A stretch of DNA of 41,367 nucleotides, from positions 1 to 41,367 of the forward strand of contig SKTN01000138.1 in NCBI GenBank assembly GCA_007117945.1, read 5' to 3'. The position numbers were made by a program, and so were the translations under genes. The notes beneath the pieces were generated by a model. It was not told the origin of the DNA. It did not search any database and saw nothing but the letters and a program-made list of their open reading frames with translations. Positions 37,919 through 41,367 of the stretch are shown here, piece after piece (within the stretch, counting starts at the first letter, position 1; the number at the start of each line of letters is the position of its first letter). Source of the DNA: Nitriliruptoraceae bacterium (GTDB lineage Bacteria > Actinomycetota > Nitriliruptoria > Nitriliruptorales > Nitriliruptoraceae).

Positions 37919-39013
37919 ATGGAGCACGCACGCCTGACGGCCGCGCGGGAGGCCGTGCGCAGCGCCGGGCTGGACGCCCTGCTGGTGGGGCCCTCGGCGG
38001 ACCTGCGCTACCTGGTGGGCTACGACGCCCACGCCATGGAACGCCTCACCCTGCTGGTGGTGCCCGCGGCAGGTGACGCCTGGCTGCTGGTCCCGGCGCT
38101 GGAGGAGGCCGCCGCCCACGCCAGCGGGGCGGGCGAGCTGGTCGAGGTGCGCACCTGGGGGGAGACCGAGGACCCCGTGGCACGGGTGGTCGCGGCGCTG
38201 CAGGGGGACGGACCGCCCGGGGCCCTGGCCGTGGGCGACCGGTTGTTCTCCGTGTTCACCCTCGCCCTGCAGGAGGCCCTGCCCACCACCGCCTTCCGCC
38301 CCGCCGGGCCGGTGCTGCGCGCGCTGCGGATCCGCAAGGATCCGGCGGAGCTGGCGGCGCTGCGGGCGGTGGGCGCCGCCATCGACGCCGTCCACGCCCA
38401 GGTCCCCGGCCTGCTCCGCCCCGGTCGCACCGAGGCCGAGGTGGCCCGTGACCTCGGTGCGCTGATCCTGGCCGACCACGACGAGGTGGCCTTCATCATC
38501 GTCGGGTCCGGTCCCAACGGCGCCTCCCCGCACCACGCGGTCAGCGACCGTGTGCTGGCGCCGGGCGATGCCGTGGTGGTCGACATCGGTGGGGTCAGGG
38601 ACGGCTACTGCTCCGACATGACCCGCAACTACGCGGTGGAGTACCTGCCACCGGGCTACGCCGAACTGCACACGGTGCTCGAGCAGGCCCAGGACACCGC
38701 GGTGCAGCGGGTCGCGCCCGGTGTGCCCGCAGCGGAGATCGACGCGGCGGCCCGCGAGGTGATCAGCGCGGCGGGCTACGGCGAACGCTTCATCCACCGC
38801 ACCGGGCACGGCATCGGGGTGGACGTCCACGAACACCCCTACATCGTGGGCAGCAACCCCGAGCCTCTGGCTGCGGGGATGGCCTTCTCCGTGGAACCGG
38901 GGATCTACGTGCCCGGTCGGTACGGGGCCCGGATCGAGGACATCGTGCTGGTCACCGAGGACGGAGTGGAGCGGGTCAACCACCGTCCCCGCACGGTGCT
39001 GCTCGCGGGATGA
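37919..39013 (+). CDS. M24-family Xaa-Pro dipeptidase/aminopeptidase
   Basis: Pita-bread metal ligands in VVVDIGGVRDGYCSDMTRN, HRTGHGIGVDVHE, FSVEPGIY and ARIEDIV. GAGGAGG lies 6 nt before the ATG. Confidence 0.85.
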   Translation: MEHARLTAAREAVRSAGLDALLVGPSADLRYLVGYDAHAMERLTLLVVPAAGDAWLLVPALEEAAAHASGAGELVEVRTWGETEDPVARVVAALQGDGPPGALAVGDRLFSVFTLALQEALPTTAFRPAGPVLRALRIRKDPAELAALRAVGAAIDAVHAQVPGLLRPGRTEAEVARDLGALILADHDEVAFIIVGSGPNGASPHHAVSDRVLAPGDAVVVDIGGVRDGYCSDMTRNYAVEYLPPGYAELHTVLEQAQDTAVQRVAPGVPAAEIDAAAREVISAAGYGERFIHRTGHGIGVDVHEHPYIVGSNPEPLAAGMAFSVEPGIYVPGRYGARIEDIVLVTEDGVERVNHRPRTVLLAG

Positions 39014-39066
39014 GCCACCAGGGGTGAGAACCAGCAGGCCGGGGACGGCCGGGAGGGAGATCGAGG

Positions 39067-39522
39067 GTGAGCGAGGACCAGGCAGGCACGCAGGACCGGA
39101 TCACGGTCCGCCGGGCACGGATCGAGGAGATCCGGCCCCTGGCGGTGGAGTACCGCGCGGAGCAGGAGGGCGACCCGGAGGCGCTGCCCGATCCACCCCT
39201 GCCCCAGGGGGGGATCTTCTGGTTGGCCACGGACGAGCAGGGCATCCCCCTGGGCTACGCCGCGGGGACGCTCAGGCCCGCGGGGTGCACCATCGGGCCG
39301 GTGTTCTCCCGGCCGAGCGCCCGGCGGCGCGGCGCCGGTGAGGCCCTGATCTCCGCGATCCAGGAGTGGGCGGAGGACACCCGCGTGCCCGTGGTGGAGA
39401 TCTCCGTGGCCGCGGACAACGAGGGCGGTGTGCGCTTCCTGGAGGCGCTCGGCTACCGGCCCCGCCGCATCCTGATGTCCCTGACCCCCACCTCGGGGCG
39501 CGCCCCGGTCAGCGGCACGTGA
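39067..39522 (+). CDS. GNAT-family N-acetyltransferase
   Basis: 151 aa. Acetyl-CoA binding loop ...VFSRPSARRRGAGEALISAIQEWA..., VVEISVAADNEGGVRFLEALGY. Confidence 0.7.
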   Translation: MSEDQAGTQDRITVRRARIEEIRPLAVEYRAEQEGDPEALPDPPLPQGGIFWLATDEQGIPLGYAAGTLRPAGCTIGPVFSRPSARRRGAGEALISAIQEWAEDTRVPVVEISVAADNEGGVRFLEALGYRPRRILMSLTPTSGRAPVSGT

Positions 39523-40715
39523 GCCTGCACCCGGTCACCGAGGACGAGGCCGCCCTGCTCGAGGTGGTGGCCGCGGTGGGGCGTGAGCGCATCGCGCCCC
39601 GGGCCGCTGCCGACGAGGAGGCGGCCCGCTTCCCCCGTGAGGTGTTCGACCACCTCGCCGAGCTCGGCATCGCCGGGCTGCCCTTCGCCACCGACCTCGG
39701 GGGCGGTGGCGCGTCGGTGCGCCTGACCCTGCTGGTCCTCGAGGAGCTCGCCCGGGCCTCCCTGGCCGTCGGGATGGGCATGAGCGTCCACCACCTCGCC
39801 ACCTGGGCGGTGACGACCTTCGCCACCGAGCAGCAGCGCGCGGAGCTGGCCCAGGACCTGGTCTCCGGCCGGCTGCTGGGGGCCTATGCCCTCTCCGAAC
39901 CGGGCTCCGGTTCCGACGCCGCGGCCCTGGCCACCCGTGCCCGGTGGGACGGGCAGGGCTACCGCCTCACCGGCACCAAGGCCTGGGTCACCCACGCCGG
40001 TGTCGCCGACCGCTACGTGGTCATGGCCCGCACCGGTGCGCAGGGCGCCGGTGGGATCAGCGCCTTCGTGCTCGACGCCGACCAGCCGGGCCTGACCGTC
40101 GCCACCCCGGAACGCAAGATGGGGCTGGCCGCCTCGCCCACGGCCCAGCTCCACCTCGACGACGCCCCCGTCCCCGCCTCGCGGCTGCTGGGTGGTGCCG
40201 AGGGCCGCGGCTTCGCCATCGCCATGGCCGCCCTCGACGGCGGCCGGTTGGGCATCGCCGCCTGCGCGACCGGGCTCGCCCAGGCCGCCCTTGACCTCGC
40301 CCGCGACTACGCCGGGACCCGGCGGCAGTTCGGGCGCCCGATCGGTGACTTCCAGGGGGTCGGCTTCCTCCTGGCCGACATGGCCACCCGTACGGAGGCC
40401 GCGCGGCAGCTGACCCTGGCCGCCGCGGGGTTGCGGGACCGGGCGGCGGCCACCGGCGTGCGCGCCCCCCGGCTGGAGGGCCACCCCGACGCCGCCGCCA
40501 TCTCCCAGGCCGCCGCGATGAGCAAGCTCACCGCCACCGACGCCGCGATGCAGACCACCTCGGACGCCGTGCAGGTGCTCGGCGGGGTGGGCTACACCCG
40601 GGAGTTGGCCGCCGAGCGCTACCTGCGGGAGGCCAAGGTCCTGCAGATCCTGGAGGGCACCAACCAGATCCAGCGCGTGGTCATCGCCCGGCACCTGCTG
40701 GGTGGCAGGGGGTGA
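39519..40715 (+). CDS. Acyl-CoA dehydrogenase
   Basis: GAYALSEPGSGSDAAAL, GTKAWVTHAG, RRQFGRPIGDFQGVGFLLADM, EAKVLQILEGTNQIQRVVIARHLL. The GTG overlaps the GNAT stop (GTGA). Confidence 0.85.
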   Translation: MSLHPVTEDEAALLEVVAAVGRERIAPRAAADEEAARFPREVFDHLAELGIAGLPFATDLGGGGASVRLTLLVLEELARASLAVGMGMSVHHLATWAVTTFATEQQRAELAQDLVSGRLLGAYALSEPGSGSDAAALATRARWDGQGYRLTGTKAWVTHAGVADRYVVMARTGAQGAGGISAFVLDADQPGLTVATPERKMGLAASPTAQLHLDDAPVPASRLLGGAEGRGFAIAMAALDGGRLGIAACATGLAQAALDLARDYAGTRRQFGRPIGDFQGVGFLLADMATRTEAARQLTLAAAGLRDRAAATGVRAPRLEGHPDAAAISQAAAMSKLTATDAAMQTTSDAVQVLGGVGYTRELAAERYLREAKVLQILEGTNQIQRVVIARHLLGGRG

Positions 40716-41086
40716 GCCGGGAGGAGGGCCCCGGTGCCACGCCGCGGTCCGGGGGCGCGGCGCCCGACCGGCGCACCGTCACCGACCACGACCGCCGACG
40801 CCTGCGGGTGACGCGGCGGGTCGCCCTGGCCGGGCCGGTGCTCGGCGTGGTCGCCGTCGCTCTGCTGGTGCCCTCGGGCATCGGTGGCGCGGGTGGGCTG
40901 GCCGTGCTGCTGGTGCTCAGCGCCGCAGGCTGCGTGCTGGCGGCCTTCGTGACCGCGGTCCAGGCGATCGTGGACGAGTACCGCTACGTCCCCGTGGCGC
41001 GACGTCGGACCCTGACGGCGGTGGCGCTCTTCGGGGCCAGCTTCGTGCTGGTGCTGTTGAGCGCCGGCGTCTCCGCGACGGCATGA
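40712..41086 (+). CDS. Small membrane protein, hypothetical
   Basis: The GTG overlaps the ACAD stop (GTGA). Three hydrophobic segments (LAGPVLGVVAVALLV, LAVLLVLSAAGCVLAAFV, ALFGASFVLVLLSAGV). Confidence 0.45.
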   Translation: MSREEGPGATPRSGGAAPDRRTVTDHDRRRLRVTRRVALAGPVLGVVAVALLVPSGIGGAGGLAVLLVLSAAGCVLAAFVTAVQAIVDEYRYVPVARRRTLTAVALFGASFVLVLLSAGVSATA

Positions 41087-41129
41087 GACCGCCGGTGCAG
41101 CGCCGAGGCGAGGGTGGAGCCGGGGGTTG

Positions 41130-41157
41130 GGGGCCGGGTGGTGGTGTTCCCGGCCCC
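41130..41157 (+). terminator. Hairpin GGGGCCGGG-N10-CCCGGCCCC (9-bp perfect GC stem, no U-tract)
   Basis: 44 nt downstream of the stop at 41086, at the end of the co-directional gene string. Confidence 0.3.
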
Positions 41158-41367
41158 GAACTGGTAGACCCCTGCCTGCCGGCCGGGCGGGCAAGGAGCC
41201 GCACGGCGACACGCGACGAGGTGGGCGACGAGGTGGGTGCCGGCGGGTGCGCCGCAGGTCCGAGCGGGGGTCCGGGGAGCGCGGAGACCATCATGGCCGC
41301 GCGCAACAGCGCGCCGGGCACCGCCGCGGCGCCGGTGGTCCCCGCGATGGGGGGCGGCGCCGTGGAC

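Noticed and set aside
41293-41367. Possible start of another + strand gene (ATG at 41293, MAARNSAPGTAAAPVV...) running off the window. Also the antisense ORF 40917..41321(-) and a 12-nt tandem duplication gacgaggtggg(c/t) at 41215-41238.
   Set aside because: Only 25 codons are visible, with no recognisable motif. The antisense ORF is Pro/Arg low-complexity sequence. The evidence is insufficient to call anything.

Overview
Very GC-rich (GC3-dominated) actinobacterial chromosomal segment with no rRNA, tRNA, CRISPR or transposase/integrase genes that I can see. Its core is a complete but unusually fragmented Pup-proteasome locus. The order is ttuBA-like/trmI, arc(mpa), dop, pup, then an ~8.3 kb insert (VanW protein, DUF2332, TAXI-TRAP transporter, USP), then prcB, prcA, pafA, then two opposite-strand genes (membrane TPR protein, SRPBCC), then pafB, pafC, two small ORFs, tatA, tatC, a tatC-coupled membrane protein and helY. 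The flanks are housekeeping genes: Nudix, hemQ/chdC, gpmA, an HTH regulator, acnA, msrA and a GH65 phosphorylase on the left; a lipid kinase, M24 peptidase, GNAT, acyl-CoA dehydrogenase and a small membrane protein on the right. Many neighbouring genes overlap by 1-4 nt (GTGA/ATGA/TGATG), which suggests translational coupling. The main points worth a second look are: (1) an in-frame TAG inside the Pup-binding coiled coil of arc/mpa; (2) a TtuB-like beta-grasp domain whose Gly-Gly end is fused in frame to a TtuA-type tRNA thiolase and coupled to trmI; (3) pup separated from prcBA, and pafA separated from pafBC, by uncharacterised genes; (4) a 21-bp tandem repeat forming the PafB C-terminus next to the pafC start; (5) a recurring (G)TAGGCT -10-like box 24-40 nt upstream of several starts, one with a RecA-NDp-like TGTCGG element. 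All calls come from reading the translations and DNA by eye; no searches were run.
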